A stretch of DNA of 64,000 nucleotides from contig NMRA01000663.1 in NCBI GenBank assembly GCA_002633005.1, positions 1 to 64,000 of the forward strand, written 5' to 3'. Position 1 is the stretch's first letter. Every line of letters begins with the position of its first letter. Made by a program: the position numbers and the translations under genes. Shown here piece by piece: positions 39,701 to 51,685 of the stretch. Source of the stretch: Phoronis australis (Eukaryota > Animalia > Phoronida). The notes under the pieces were generated by a model. That model saw nothing but the letters and a program-made list of their open reading frames with translations. It was not told the DNA's origin and ran no database searches.

Positions 39701-42700
39701 ATTGTCAGCACAAAGTCCAAAATTGCACTGGACATTTGTGGAACACAGTTGAATCCCTACTGCGAATGTTTCCAGAAATTGCGATCACTGGAATTGCCGT
39801 CTTCAAATAGGGTAGCCTTTAGCTTTATCGAAAAAGATGGCGACTAATATTCAAAAGCTAAATAGGGTCTAATAGTAGCTAAAGTCATATAGGTGAATTA
39901 TTTACGAATACTTAGTTCGTATCTCTCTTGTCATTGAATGTTGAGTTCTCTCTACAGATACACGTCACAATTTTCAAAGCCTTTCTTCGTTAAGTGTACG
40001 CCCACTGGTGTACGGATTAAAGACTTTTGTCCTAGAAACTCTCCAATATCAAGCTTTCGTCACTCGAAATAGATTTTATTATAAATGAAATGCGGATTAT
40101 CTCACTCGTATCAAACTTTAAACCTTCGTGTCCTATAAATTCATGTGTACGCTATGCGGAGAATGTATTTGGACATACACTTAACTGCAGAATCACACTA
40201 GATACATTAATGCTACATTTAATATATCGCCACCAATCAAGAAGTAGTGATCTATATCGAATATTTCAATAGCGCACCCAACTGAGAAGATCGGGGCATC
40301 CTCTTGATGCTTTGTTCCCGGCATAAAGACAATTTTTGCCACTCAGAAGCGAGAGTGAATTTTTGGGTTGCATAAAACTCTTCCATTGTACCAGTCTGTT
40401 CGCTATTCAACCCGCCATATATTATTAAGTGAAGGGTTTTAACGATCGTAGTGGGTCGTGAAAGCTATCGTTGACTGATAGCGTTGAACAGTCACGCAAA
40501 GAATGGCCGTTTCCAGGTAAACAAAGCTCTGTGTGAACTGAAGCATGTTGGGATATGTTCTGAAAAGCTTGTTTCTTGTGACAAAAGCGAGAACTCGCAA
40601 ATCTTGACGAGACATTGCCATGCATTACAACCGAACCACGTGATCGCTCTAGCTTTACTCGCGAGTGTCTTGCGAGTTCATGGAACGCGCCCAGGTTTCA
40701 CGATATGCTTAGTTAATGTTCAACTCTCCGAGCTAGCACATGCTGCATCCGACGATAGTCTTAATCATGTTAATAGTCTTATTGAATTTACTCAAATCAA
40801 CGAACTTTAAACGATACTTGGAAAATAGGTAAGTGACACGTATTAAATAGACAATCAAGGCGTAAAGTAAATATTCGACAGCTTGTGATATGAAAAGTTG
40901 AGACCTTCATCGGTTGCATGAAACAGTCTCAAAATTAACTTTCCAATAAGTTCTCTAAATCTTGTCTTTGTTTACTCAATAATGTTATGATTTGCTATCA
41001 CATCATCTTTGCTACGAGCTCCTCTTTTACGGTGTTATTTTCTAACACAATGTGTGAGAACCGAGCCCTTATTTCAATGAAAATTAATAGAAACTTAATC
41101 TTTAAATGAGGGACATTGCAAGAGAAGGGCACTGTTTATTTTCGATAATATTTATATCTCAACACAGTGTTCAATCTCGGTGTCTCTAAGCTAAAATTGA
41201 TTTAGTGACGGAGACAAAATAGCATTAGAAAGTTCAATCAGTGTTTTCATAGGTCCACAATTATGGTGAAAAGTTAAGGAATGTAGATGAATCCCTATTT
41301 GGAACTGTTTCATGCAACCGACAACTGATGAGCGCATTCGGCAACGCAAGTGAAGGCCAGCGCGTGACGTTATCTCGCGAAGACTTGCATGATCTCGCTT
41401 TTCTCGCAAGAAACTTGCTCTACTGGTCGCAGCCTGTGGAATGTTCGCCTTAAGTATAAAACAATAAATATAAATCACTATTGTGTAGAAGTAAGAACGC
41501 GTTAGAATTTTACATTGCGATTTTCATATACTTTTTGGCTATCAAACGAGCGAGGTCGGAAGCAGAGGTGAGTGATTCGTGTGGTGCTTTCGTTCCGCCG
41601 ATATAGCACTCACTTTACTTTTGGTATCAATTCTGAGGGCATCACACCTGCCCTGTATTCCGTAGAGTCTCGAAAATCTCGCGAGAACGCAAGTGCACGC
41701 AAAACTTTTCGAAGTATCGTTCTGTTTGATTACAAGCGAAATTCCTGAGTCTACGAAACGCTACCACGCTATCTTTACCGAAACTACAGGGTTGTTATTT
41801 ACTTTCATTTTGTTATTCATAATACTCGGGTTGTAACATGAAAAGACTGTCATTCGGTTACCCATACAGGTAACCGTGAAATATACACCCTGTGCTTCAC
41901 ACTACTTTAAACTGGCGCAAGCTTTCAAGTCCTCGTGAAATGTTCACAAAATTGCGGGAAATCTGCAGTTTTGTTGGTAGGGTTTAGCCGGTACGAAGGA
42001 CACACCTCTCTTCCCCGTGCCGCTCAGAAGGATGATTTTCACCACCAGATTCCCTGCGAAAAGGTGCCTTTTCTAACAAAACTCTCTGTAAAATGGTTCC
42101 ATTTTGGAATTCGAAACTACAAAATTTTCCCTTTCCAAGCACACAAATCTACATAAAAGTTTTTTGGTTGCTAGAAGATGTAACCATTTAAAAAAAAATT
42201 TCGTATATTTTTGTATTGTTTCAAGCGGCGGTTGAAAATTCAGCCGTCCAAGATTCTTACTCTACAAAATAATTATGAAATTAAATCCTATGAAACGGTG
42301 GCATTTTTAGAACAAACTCCTGCAAAATGCTTTTTCATAAACCCCCCTTTCTAACCCAATCTGTGCACTGCTGCATCCCGTCAAAAACGTAGTTAATTAA
42401 GCCCAGGATCTCTTTCACCTGAAATTACAGTCATCAATGCGATGATTGGCGTGACGCGTGATAGCAACAATAACCGAGGGATATGTATGGTAGACGATCA
42501 TTTAGTCTCTCTTTCTTGTTGCCTGATAGCCATGGCAACAAAGCGATTTACATTTCATTTTCATAAATATTACATTCAATCGCTTTCATGATTCCATTAG
42601 TACCCGAGCCTTAGATGGCGATAACAAGTACAATTAAATTCTTTGTTTCTAGGTTATACTGATCTGGGCGGAACATAGCAGTGAGAGCAGCAATTGATGA

Positions 42701-42721
42701 CCAACTCCGCGGTCACAGACA

Positions 42722-43930
42722 ATGACAGTTCTTACTCGGTCGACGGGTGATCGAGTCGACATGAACGGGAACGGTTACCGCAACGGTGTCGGCCAAGGAC
42801 ACAGCGACGTTGTTTCCATGGAGATGCCCCGCGAAACAGCGTATGCACCTAGAATTCTCTCGCGAAACAACAATACTAACGGTGGTTTCTCATTAAGGCC
42901 AATCACAGCGACGGGTGCAGTTGAGCAGAATGGGCAGAGAAGTACTGCGTTGCCCAAAATGGTAACTGAAGACAAACGTCCTATTACTGCGACCCCGAAA
43001 ATATCAGCGGTTGAAAACGGCGTTCACATGCCCAAAGTTCCGATGGTCAACAATTTCATGACAAAAAATAAAACCAATGGGAAAGCGCTTCCACGCGGGA
43101 AAAGACACCGCTCTCGGACAGGCAGCGTGTACAGTGATGCTGAGTCGCGGCTATCCGTCGTAGGTCAGCCCCGACGTTCCACAAGTTTCCTTCCAGACAG
43201 AAAGACTCGCAAAGTGTCGGAGGTTCCGTCCATTGAGGAGCCAGTGCAGATCGAACACGACCCACATGGAGCGTGGAACTCTTTCGTTCAATACATTCAG
43301 TCCATCCACGTGGCTCCAACGTATATCAAAAAACAGACGGATAAAACGCCGGAGACACGTGACGAAGATTACGGACTTCTAAAAGACTGTAGAACCAGTT
43401 CAGTTTTTCGGAAGACGTTCGATGAATTAAAAAAGCGAAATCAAAAGACCAATCGTATGAACTATCTGCGCAATCTAGTTTCAATGAAAAATATAGCTGA
43501 ACTCAACACGGTCGAAAATAACCAAAATGGTGAACACGAAACCAGTGAGGCCGACAGTGACGGAGATTCAATAGATGGTGACGACGAATATAGCAAATCT
43601 ATGAGTTATGGGAAAATTGGCTGGTCAATCATAAGAAGTTATGTCCGAGGAAAGGTTTTGGAGAGAAAAGAAAGTAGAAAAAGTGTAGGTTTTAACTGGA
43701 ATGTGCTTCGCCAGCAACTGCTAGCGATGAGTAACATGGAAAGACATCGACAGGATCTATACACGAGGTATGGAATTATTCCGCCGGTGGGTAGCCGCGT
43801 GGCTCGGAGCAGCATGTTGGTCGAAGTAAGTGCTGAGGCTAAAGAAGTGCTGGAAAAATACAAAAATCCTGCGAGGGCAATGTCAGCGACAAAACCTGTG
43901 ACTATCAGAAATAAAAATGACACTTCATGA
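42722..43930 (+). CDS. Uncharacterised 402-aa protein, single coding exon (copy/allele A)
   Basis: Long ORF. Acceptor ttctttgtttctag ends at 42652 and an in-frame TGA precedes the ATG. Versus copy B: at least 10 synonymous and 2 non-synonymous changes, no indels. Confidence 0.85.
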   Translation: MTVLTRSTGDRVDMNGNGYRNGVGQGHSDVVSMEMPRETAYAPRILSRNNNTNGGFSLRPITATGAVEQNGQRSTALPKMVTEDKRPITATPKISAVENGVHMPKVPMVNNFMTKNKTNGKALPRGKRHRSRTGSVYSDAESRLSVVGQPRRSTSFLPDRKTRKVSEVPSIEEPVQIEHDPHGAWNSFVQYIQSIHVAPTYIKKQTDKTPETRDEDYGLLKDCRTSSVFRKTFDELKKRNQKTNRMNYLRNLVSMKNIAELNTVENNQNGEHETSEADSDGDSIDGDDEYSKSMSYGKIGWSIIRSYVRGKVLERKESRKSVGFNWNVLRQQLLAMSNMERHRQDLYTRYGIIPPVGSRVARSSMLVEVSAEAKEVLEKYKNPARAMSATKPVTIRNKNDTS

Positions 43931-45959
43931 ACGCTGGTCGATGCTAACGTTTAAATTTAGGCAAAGTGGCAATGACGTGTCAAGAAANNNNNNNNNNNNN
44001 NNNNNNNNNNNNNNNNNNNNNNNNNNNNNNNNNNNNNNNNNNNNNNNNNNNNNNNNNNNNNNNNNNNNNNNNNNNNNNNNNNNNNNNNNNNNNNNNNNNN
44101 NNNNNNNNNNNNNNNNNNNNNNNNNNNNNNNNNNNNNNNNNNNNNNNNNNNNNNNNNNNNNNNNNNNNNNNNNNNNNNNNNNNNNNNNNNNNNNNNNNNN
44201 NNNNNNNNNNNNNNNNNNNNNNNNNNNNNNNNNNNNNNNNNNNNNNNNNNNNNNNNNNNNNNNNNNNNNNNNNNNNNNNNNNNNNNNNNNNNNNNNNNNN
44301 NNNNNNNNNNNNNNNNNNNNNNNNNNNNNNNNNNNNNNNNNNNNNNNNNNNNNNNNNNNNNNNNNNNNNNNNNNNNNNNNNNNNNNNNNNNNNNNNNNNN
44401 NNNNNNNNNNNNNNNNNNNNNNNNNNNNNNNNNNNNNNNNNNNNNNNNNNNNNNNNNNNNNNNNNNNNNNNNNNNNNNNNNNNNNNNNNNNNNNNNNNNN
44501 NNNNNNNNNNNNNNNNNNNNNNNNNNNNNNNNNNNNNNNNNNNNNNNNNNNNNNNNNNNNNNNNNNNNNNNNNNNNNNNNNNNNNNNNNNNNNNNNNNNN
44601 NNNNNNNNNNNNNNNNNNNNNNNNNNNNNNNNNNNNNNNNNNNNNNNNNNNNNNNNNNNNNNNNNNNNNNNNNNNNNNNNNNNNNNNNNNNNNNNNNNNN
44701 TAAATATAAATCACTATTGTGTAGAAGTAAGAACGCGTTAGAATTTTACATTGCAATTTTCATATACTTTTTGGCTATCAAACGAGCGAGGTCGAAAGCA
44801 GAGGTGAGTGATTCGTGTGGTGCTTTCGTTCCGCCGATATAGCTCTCACTATACTTTTGATATCAATTCTGATGGTATCACACATGCCCTGTATTCCGTA
44901 GAGTCTCGAAAATCTCGCGAGAACGCAAGTGCACGCAAAACTTTTCGAAGTATCGCCCTATATGATTACAAGCGAAATTCTTGAGTCTACGAAACGCTAC
45001 CACGCTATCTTTACCGAAACTACACGGTTGTCGTTATTTACTTTGGTTCATTTTGTTGTTTATAATACTCGGGTTGTAACATGAAAAGACTGTCATTCGG
45101 TTACCCATACAGGTAACCGTGAAATATACACCCAATGCTTTACACTACTTTAAACTGGCGCAAGCTTTCAAGTCCTCGTGAAATGTTCACAAAATTGCGG
45201 GAAATCTGCAGTTTTGTTGGTAGGGCTTAGCCGGTACGAAGGACACACCTCTCTTTCCCGTGCCGCTCAGAAGGATGATTTTCACGACCAGATTCCCTGC
45301 GAAAAGGTGCCTTTTCTACTCTCTGTAAAATGGTTCCATTTTGGAATTCGAAACTCTACAAAAGTTTCCCTTTCCAAGCACACAAATCTACATAAAAGTT
45401 TTTTGGTTGCTAGAAGATGTAACCATTTAAAAAAATATTTCGTATATTTTTGTATTGTTTCAAGCGGTTGAAAATTCAGCCGTCCAAGATTCTTACTCTA
45501 CAAAATAATTATGAAATTAAATCCTACGAAACGGTGTCATTTTTAGAACAAAGTCCTGCAAAAATGCTTTTTCATAGAACCCCCCTTTCTAACCCAATCT
45601 GTGCACTGCTGCATCCCGTCAAAAACTTAGTTAATTACGCCCAGGATCTCTTTGACCTGAAATTACAGTCATCAATGTGGTGATTGGCGTGACGCGTGAT
45701 AGCACCAATAACCGAAGGATATGTATGGTAGACCATCATTTAGTTTCCCTTTCTTGTTGGCTGATAGCCATGGCAACAAAGCGATTTACATTTCATTTTC
45801 ATAAATATTACATTCAATCACTTTCATGATTCCATTAGTACCCAAGCCTTAGATGGCGATAATAAGTACAAGTAAATTCTTTGTTTCTAGGTTATACTGA
45901 TCTGGGCGGAACGTAGCAGTGAGAGCAGCAATTGATGACCAACGCCGCGGTCACAGACA

Positions 45960-47168
45960 ATGACAGTTCTTACTCGGTCGACGGGTGATCGAGTCGACAT
46001 GAACGGGAACGGTTACCGCAACGGTGTCGGCCAAGGACACAGCGACGTTGTTTCCATGGAGATGCCCCGCGAAACGGCGTATGCACCTAGAATTCTCTCG
46101 CGAAACAACAACACTAACGGTGGTTTCTCATTAAGGCCAATCACAGCGACGGGTGCAGTTGAGCAGAATGGACAGAGAAGTACTGCGTTGCCCAAAATGG
46201 TAACTGAAGACAAACGTCCTATTACTGCGACCCCGAAAATATCAGCGGTTGAAAACGGCGTTCACATGCCCAAAGTTCCGATGGTTAACAATTTCATGAC
46301 AAAAACTAAAACCAATGGGAAAGCGCTTCCACGCGGGAAAAGACACCGCTCTCGGACAGGCAGCGTATACAGTGATGCTGAGTCGCGGCTATCTGTCGTA
46401 GGTCAGCCCCGACGTTCCACAAGTTTCCTTCCAGACAGAAAGACTCGCAAAGTGTCGGAGGTTCCGTCCATTGAGGAGCCAGTGCAGATCGAACACGATC
46501 CACATGGAGCGTGGAACTCTTTCGTTCAATACATTCAGTCCATCCACGTGGCACCAACGTATATCAAAAAACAGACGGATAAAACGCCGGAGACACGTGA
46601 CGAAGATTACGGACTTCTAAAAGACTGTAGAACCAGTTCAGTTTTCCGGAAGACGTTCGATGAATTAAAAAAGCGAAATCAAAAGACCAATCGTATGAAC
46701 TATCTGCGCAATCTAGTTTCAATGAAAAATATAGCTGAACTCAACACGGTCGAAAGTAACCAAAATGGTGAACACGAAACCAGTGAGGCCGACAGTGACG
46801 GAGATTCAATAGATGGTGACGACGAATATAGCAAATCAATGAGTTATGGGAAAATTGGCTGGTCAATCATAAGAAGTTATGTCCGAGGAAAGGTTTTGGA
46901 GAGAAAAGAAAGTAGAAAAAGTGTAGGTTTTAACTGGAATGTGCTTCGCCAGCAACTGCTAGCGATGAGTAACATGGAAAGACATCGACAGGATCTATAC
47001 ACGAGGTATGGAATTATTCCGCCGGTGGGTAGCCGCGTGGCTCGGAGCAGCATGTTGGTCGAAGTAAGTGCTGAGGCTAAAGAAGTGCTGGAAAAATACA
47101 AAAATCCTGCGAGGGCAATGTCAGCGACAAAACCTGTGACTATCAGAAATAAAAATGACACTTCATGA
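45960..47168 (+). CDS. Uncharacterised 402-aa protein (copy/allele B)
   Basis: Identical to 42722-43930 at protein level except KNK>KTK and ENN>ESN. Confidence 0.85.
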   Translation: MTVLTRSTGDRVDMNGNGYRNGVGQGHSDVVSMEMPRETAYAPRILSRNNNTNGGFSLRPITATGAVEQNGQRSTALPKMVTEDKRPITATPKISAVENGVHMPKVPMVNNFMTKTKTNGKALPRGKRHRSRTGSVYSDAESRLSVVGQPRRSTSFLPDRKTRKVSEVPSIEEPVQIEHDPHGAWNSFVQYIQSIHVAPTYIKKQTDKTPETRDEDYGLLKDCRTSSVFRKTFDELKKRNQKTNRMNYLRNLVSMKNIAELNTVESNQNGEHETSEADSDGDSIDGDDEYSKSMSYGKIGWSIIRSYVRGKVLERKESRKSVGFNWNVLRQQLLAMSNMERHRQDLYTRYGIIPPVGSRVARSSMLVEVSAEAKEVLEKYKNPARAMSATKPVTIRNKNDTS

Positions 47169-49352
47169 ACGCTGGTCGATGCTAACGTTTAAATTTAGGC
47201 AAAGTGGCAATGACGTGTCAAGAAAAATGTAACTGTGGGTGTTAACGGGTTTATCATCATGTAAATTTATAGTCTTGTTTAAAGCCGTCACGCTAAGGTA
47301 GTTCGCAGTGCGATCTGAAAGTCGGGGAAAACAGAGTTGGAACCGACTTGTCCTGTACAGTCAGAGTAACACCGCGAACGGTGTTTCATTTAAAGCCATG
47401 GTTTATTTGACCGAAGTTATCAGTTTCATTATGACGTCAAGACGGGCTCGGGAATTCTGTGAACGGGTTTGGTATGACAGGGCCCTAAATAAATTCTAGA
47501 TGCCTTGCTGAAAATTGCTAGTCCCCATCAATTATGAACATTGATTTGATAAATATCTAAATTGCCTGCTGTGGTCTACATTTCTAACTTTTGCGTGTCT
47601 ACGTCAAATTCACACTGTGAACACCGTTACGCGGAACAGCTGAAAGTTCCGAGTTAACCGTCGTTGCAACAAGACGTCAGACGAAACTGTCGACTTCACT
47701 CTACCAGTAGTCCAATCACGCAGGCATCTAGATGAGACTTTTTGGTGTAAAACTGACGGTAGATTTTATGATGTATTATAAAAAAATTCGAAACTGGGTG
47801 ACGGAACGTATGCTGTCGGTCCACTGTCGCCGACAATGTAGCGTAGTGATTTTAGTAACCTTGAAGATGCTATAAACCCGCGTTCCGTCCAAGAACAGAC
47901 CTTTTGATTAAGACCACGTACTACAGTAAAATTGGCCTCAACTTTTTTCTCATTCAGATGACAGGTGTTTGTTGCATAAAACGACTCGCTGCGGCAACCC
48001 TACTATTAGAACCTCACTTCAAACTATAACAAACTGTAATTTCTTTCGCAGCCCTGTCATCGCCTCCAATTTAACTATTAAGGACATTTTAGTCCAATAT
48101 CATAAAAGTGAGCGTTGTAAGTCAAAAGTTGTTTTTGTGATGAAAGCTGGGTTTGTAGACGCTTTAAACAAACGTATTTTGGGTTTCTTGGATAATACGC
48201 GCGCAAAGATTATGAGCTAAATTAGATTCTTTCACCTTTGCTCATTGTAACTGTCAGAAAGCATGCTTTGAAAAACCTCATCATGACTGGATTAACAAGA
48301 GCTTTAGTAGACGGACTGATCTAGTTTTAATTAACTTATTGTCGGATCTTTTGATTGTTTTCTTTATTTTGTTCTCTTTGATGATGCAATTATGAGAAGG
48401 CCATGAAACTGGTTGGAAATATAGTATTAATCAATCAAAACGTTGCGTATTCATTTTCAATCTATAGAAATGTTTTATGAAGGACGGGTGACTTTGTCTG
48501 CGTTATTCGCACGTACTCAGTGAGCGTATTTCCGTGCTCGGCGTTTAGTGCAACCCTTCAATAAAAGGTCCTACGACCGGTCGTAGCTAACTAAAGACGA
48601 TTATAAGCACGTTGTTGCGAACACGACACTGTCCTTCTTCAATTTGCCATATTCAACCACCTTAGAGCCGCGCCAAATGATCTGTGCCGGTGGAAATTAC
48701 TAAAAACCGTCTTAGCTAAGACCGAATGTGTGACCTTAAGTCAGTAAATTGAGGAGATTTAACTAACAGTATTGAACGGACGAAACACTTGTTTATTGCG
48801 TCGGCATAGCCCTTATCCACCAATAACTTTAAAAGGCGTTATCTGGCGGAGTATCGTTTCATAGACGCAAGACGGCCAGAGATGTGAGGGACGAAGCACA
48901 AATTTTTTCACTCACGGAAATTTCGATACTTTAGATATTTTCGTGTGATTTACACCATTATCCCACCGTACATTCAACAATTCTATCGCCAACTGGCGAC
49001 AACGTCCCAAGTTCACATCCCAGGCTGTAACTACTCTTATTGACAGATAGGGCTGCCCTCTTTTGAATTCCGTAGATGTCCCTTTGAACAAATACGTACA
49101 CATAGCTAATCCGACAAATTCCGCCGGACTGAGGTCATACACTTGTGTGTGTCATGCCTCGAAACGTTGCTATTAGAGAGTCACAAAAACCCATTTCATG
49201 AGAAACGGGGTAGGGCACCGTACAAGTCGCATGGTGGCGCTACCAACAAGTCGCATGCATGTCCTTCGGTAGCCATAATTCACCATTTACTTCGTAAAAG
49301 CCAACACTATCGAATTATCTTAGATCCCGTCAGATTACCTCTACACGGTACA

Positions 49353-49499
49353 CAGTGGTGATGTGGAAAAATTAGAGGTAAGTAGGCGCCCAAAGCCCAC
49401 CGTATCACCTTGAGCACTGAACAGTGCGTAGGCGCTGCGATCAAATGCCAAAAGGTGGTTGGCTGCGCCTACGTGCTCCTACGCCCCACTACAGCACTG
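49353..49499. mobile_element. Small hAT-like MITE
   Basis: Ends cagtggtgatgtgg / ccactacagcactg, with internal gtaggcgc / gcgcctac repeats. Flanks cacggtaca / cacgtaca resemble a degraded TSD. Confidence 0.55.
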
Positions 49500-49897
49500 C
49501 ACGTACACTGATACGCGATCAGTGACTAATCTTAATATCCGCTGGCACCACTGAAAGGCAATGCCAAGCGACCATTTTAGCTTTTGATAACTCCTTCTGC
49601 TTACCTTACTCGAAAATTGTTCCTTTGCCGAACTATTTTTAAGCGGATTCACCATGTTTAGTTTTTGGTAGTTCCGAGGTGAGCTGACAAGTGGACGACA
49701 CTGTCGCACCACCTAGTGATTGATGTGTTGTACTAATTGACTGATGTAGAGGCCCTTCGGGTCTTAGTCGCTCCTATAGTAACAACTAAAGAACAAACTC
49801 AGAGGTATCTTGTTGCAAGTCCATATATTTTATGAATGCCTTCGCCACCAATTTCTGATTGTATTATTTTCAATTTCGCGTAACTTGTACCATTTGG

Positions 49898-50117
49898 GGC
49901 CTACTTGAGTCAGATTCTAGCCCGCTCCATTAGCGATAACTATAAGGCCTACTGGAGTCAGATCCTAGCCCGCTCCATTGGCAATAACTATAAGGCCTAC
50001 TGGAGTCAGATCCTAGCCCGCTCCACTGGCAATAACTATAAGGCCTACTTGAGTCAGATTCTAGCCCGCTTCATTGGCAATAACTATAATGCCTACTTGA
50101 GTCAGATTCTAGCCCGC
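49898..50117. repeat. 48-bp minisatellite, ~4.6 copies
   Basis: Unit ggcctact(t/g)gagtcagat(t/c)ctagcccgctccattggcaataactataa starts at 49898, 49946, 49994, 50042 and 50090. Confidence 0.95.
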
Positions 50118-50173
50118 CCACCGAAGACATGGATGAGTTTACAAACACATTTTTAGTAATAGCAATGCAACAT

Positions 50174-50446
50174 CAAGGCCGGATCCAGGATTTTGAGTTA
50201 GGGGAGCCAGGGCACAGGAATAAGCAGCATTTTGGAAGATGCGCGCGCCAGCCTAAAATCTGAGGATGCAGGGGTCTCGAAGTCTTGGGTTTGCAGACCT
50301 GTTGACTAAAAAAACACGGTAGACGGGTTTATTCAGGGCCTATGAGTTGTTTATTCACCCACCATGCCCCCCTGGTTGCGCGCATGTGCTAGTCAGCAAT
50401 TCGCGCCCGAACTCACAAATGGCATCTGGTAGAATTTTAGGGGGGC
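50174..50446 (+). mobile_element. Second copy of the MITE at 33015-33317, truncated at an N
   Basis: Colinear similarity to 33015-33300; ends at the single N at 50447. Confidence 0.8.
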
Positions 50447-51055
50447 NACCAAGGGCTGGGATCTAGACTTTCTACTCGAAAACGAACTCAGAAGTCTCCT
50501 TGGCAATTTTTGTTCTACTTTGGTGCAAACTCCATGCACGCACCCAGTGTCAAAATTGGGGGGCTCGATTTTTCAATGAGAATGTAGACCTTTTACTAAG
50601 ATTCACCAGGCACGCTCAGAGCTATGAATTGTGCATTCTCCGAATTTTGGTAGTTCCTTTCCTTTTAGTGGACACTTGTTTCGTTTTTTCTGAGTTTGTT
50701 TCTCTGAAGCGGACTGTTTGCCCACTTCACCAAACAGCGGACTCGTTAATCGAGCCCCCCCCCTCCAGGTGCTCGCATAAACTCATAAACAAATCTCTAT
50801 TATGCAGGGCGAAATGCAGCTATAGTGAGACTTTCGAAAGTTGGCTCTGATGATAAGTCAAAGCTGCATCAAAATAAAAATGGACATTCTGAACTCGGCT
50901 GCAAACAACTTGAATTTATGTACACACGGGTTGCCGTTTTCACCAAGCGAGGAGTTCTATTTTCACCAGGCGACAAAATATTTCATTTATCTATATTCAT
51001 ATATATATATATATATATATGACTGTACTTCGGGAGCAAGTTTTCTGTTATACAG

Positions 51056-51103
51056 AATTTGTTGAATACACGACACTGAAAAGTGTCGTGTATTCAACAA
51101 ATT
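51056..51103. repeat. Perfect 22-bp inverted repeat with 4-nt loop, between (TA)n tracts
   Basis: aatttgttgaatacacgacact-gaaa-agtgtcgtgtattcaacaaatt. Confidence 0.95.
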
Positions 51104-51565
51104 ATATATATATATGTATATATATAATGTATGTAAAATAGCGATGCCATCTCAGTGCTAGGCATGTGTCTTCTGTTTTCCTATCTACTAAGTGACTTTT
51201 TAGCTTGTTAAGAGGTTGGGGTCTTTGTATAGTTAAAAGTATAACTTGCAGTAGCTTACGAAGATGTCACAATAATAAATAATTCATTTTTGCTCTCAGC
51301 TCAGTGGCAAGACTTGGGTTACTGCCGCTGAATATCAGTTGAATTCCGGTTGACTCATCATGAGCCTAAACTACAACTACGGATTTTCCGAAGTTGATTA
51401 CACACTGATCCACAACAGGACTGAATTACACCTACTGAATTTTCAGTTGAATATACACTGCCAGAGTGGTATTCACTAACACAAAATAACACACTTAAAG
51501 CTCATGGCACACAAAGAAAATCCCAATCAAAGCCACAATCAAGGAACACGCATTGCCAGCGCCAC

Positions 51566-51685
51566 CTACTGGTAGTCAACGACACCTTCAATCTCCTTCA
51601 TTACTCGCAGGCATTGTTCATCTCGATACGGCAACGTGGCCACCTGAACGCTGACTGGCAAACCTACTGTGCCTTTGGACAGACC
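51566..51685 (-). CDS. FAAH: FAAH-like last coding exon, 120 nt (GLSKGTVGLPVSVQVATLPYRDEQCLRVMKEIEGVVDYQ*)
   Basis: cttctcatccggcag acceptor; conserved C-terminal GLPVxVQ motif; TAG stop. Confidence 0.93.
   Translation of the reverse strand, partial: GLSKGTVGLPVSVQVATLPYRDEQCLRVMKEIEGVVDYQ

Larger units (their letters stand above)
41465..47225. other. ~2.5-kb near-identical duplication either side of an N-gap (probable uncollapsed alleles)
   Basis: 41465-43987 and 44701-47225 share start (taaatataaatcactattg) and end (gacgtgtcaagaaa). Copy 1 ends and copy 2 begins exactly at the gap. Confidence 0.85.

Noticed and set aside
43917-44756. 245-274-aa ORFs spanning the second N-gap
   Set aside because: Gap artefacts.
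42722-47168. True tandem gene duplication of the 402-aa gene
   Set aside because: Copy boundaries coincide exactly with the assembly gap and the divergence is allele-like. Not formally excluded without reads.
49898-50117. CRISPR-like regular repeats
   Set aside because: Units are contiguous with no unique spacers, there are no cas genes, and the context is eukaryotic.
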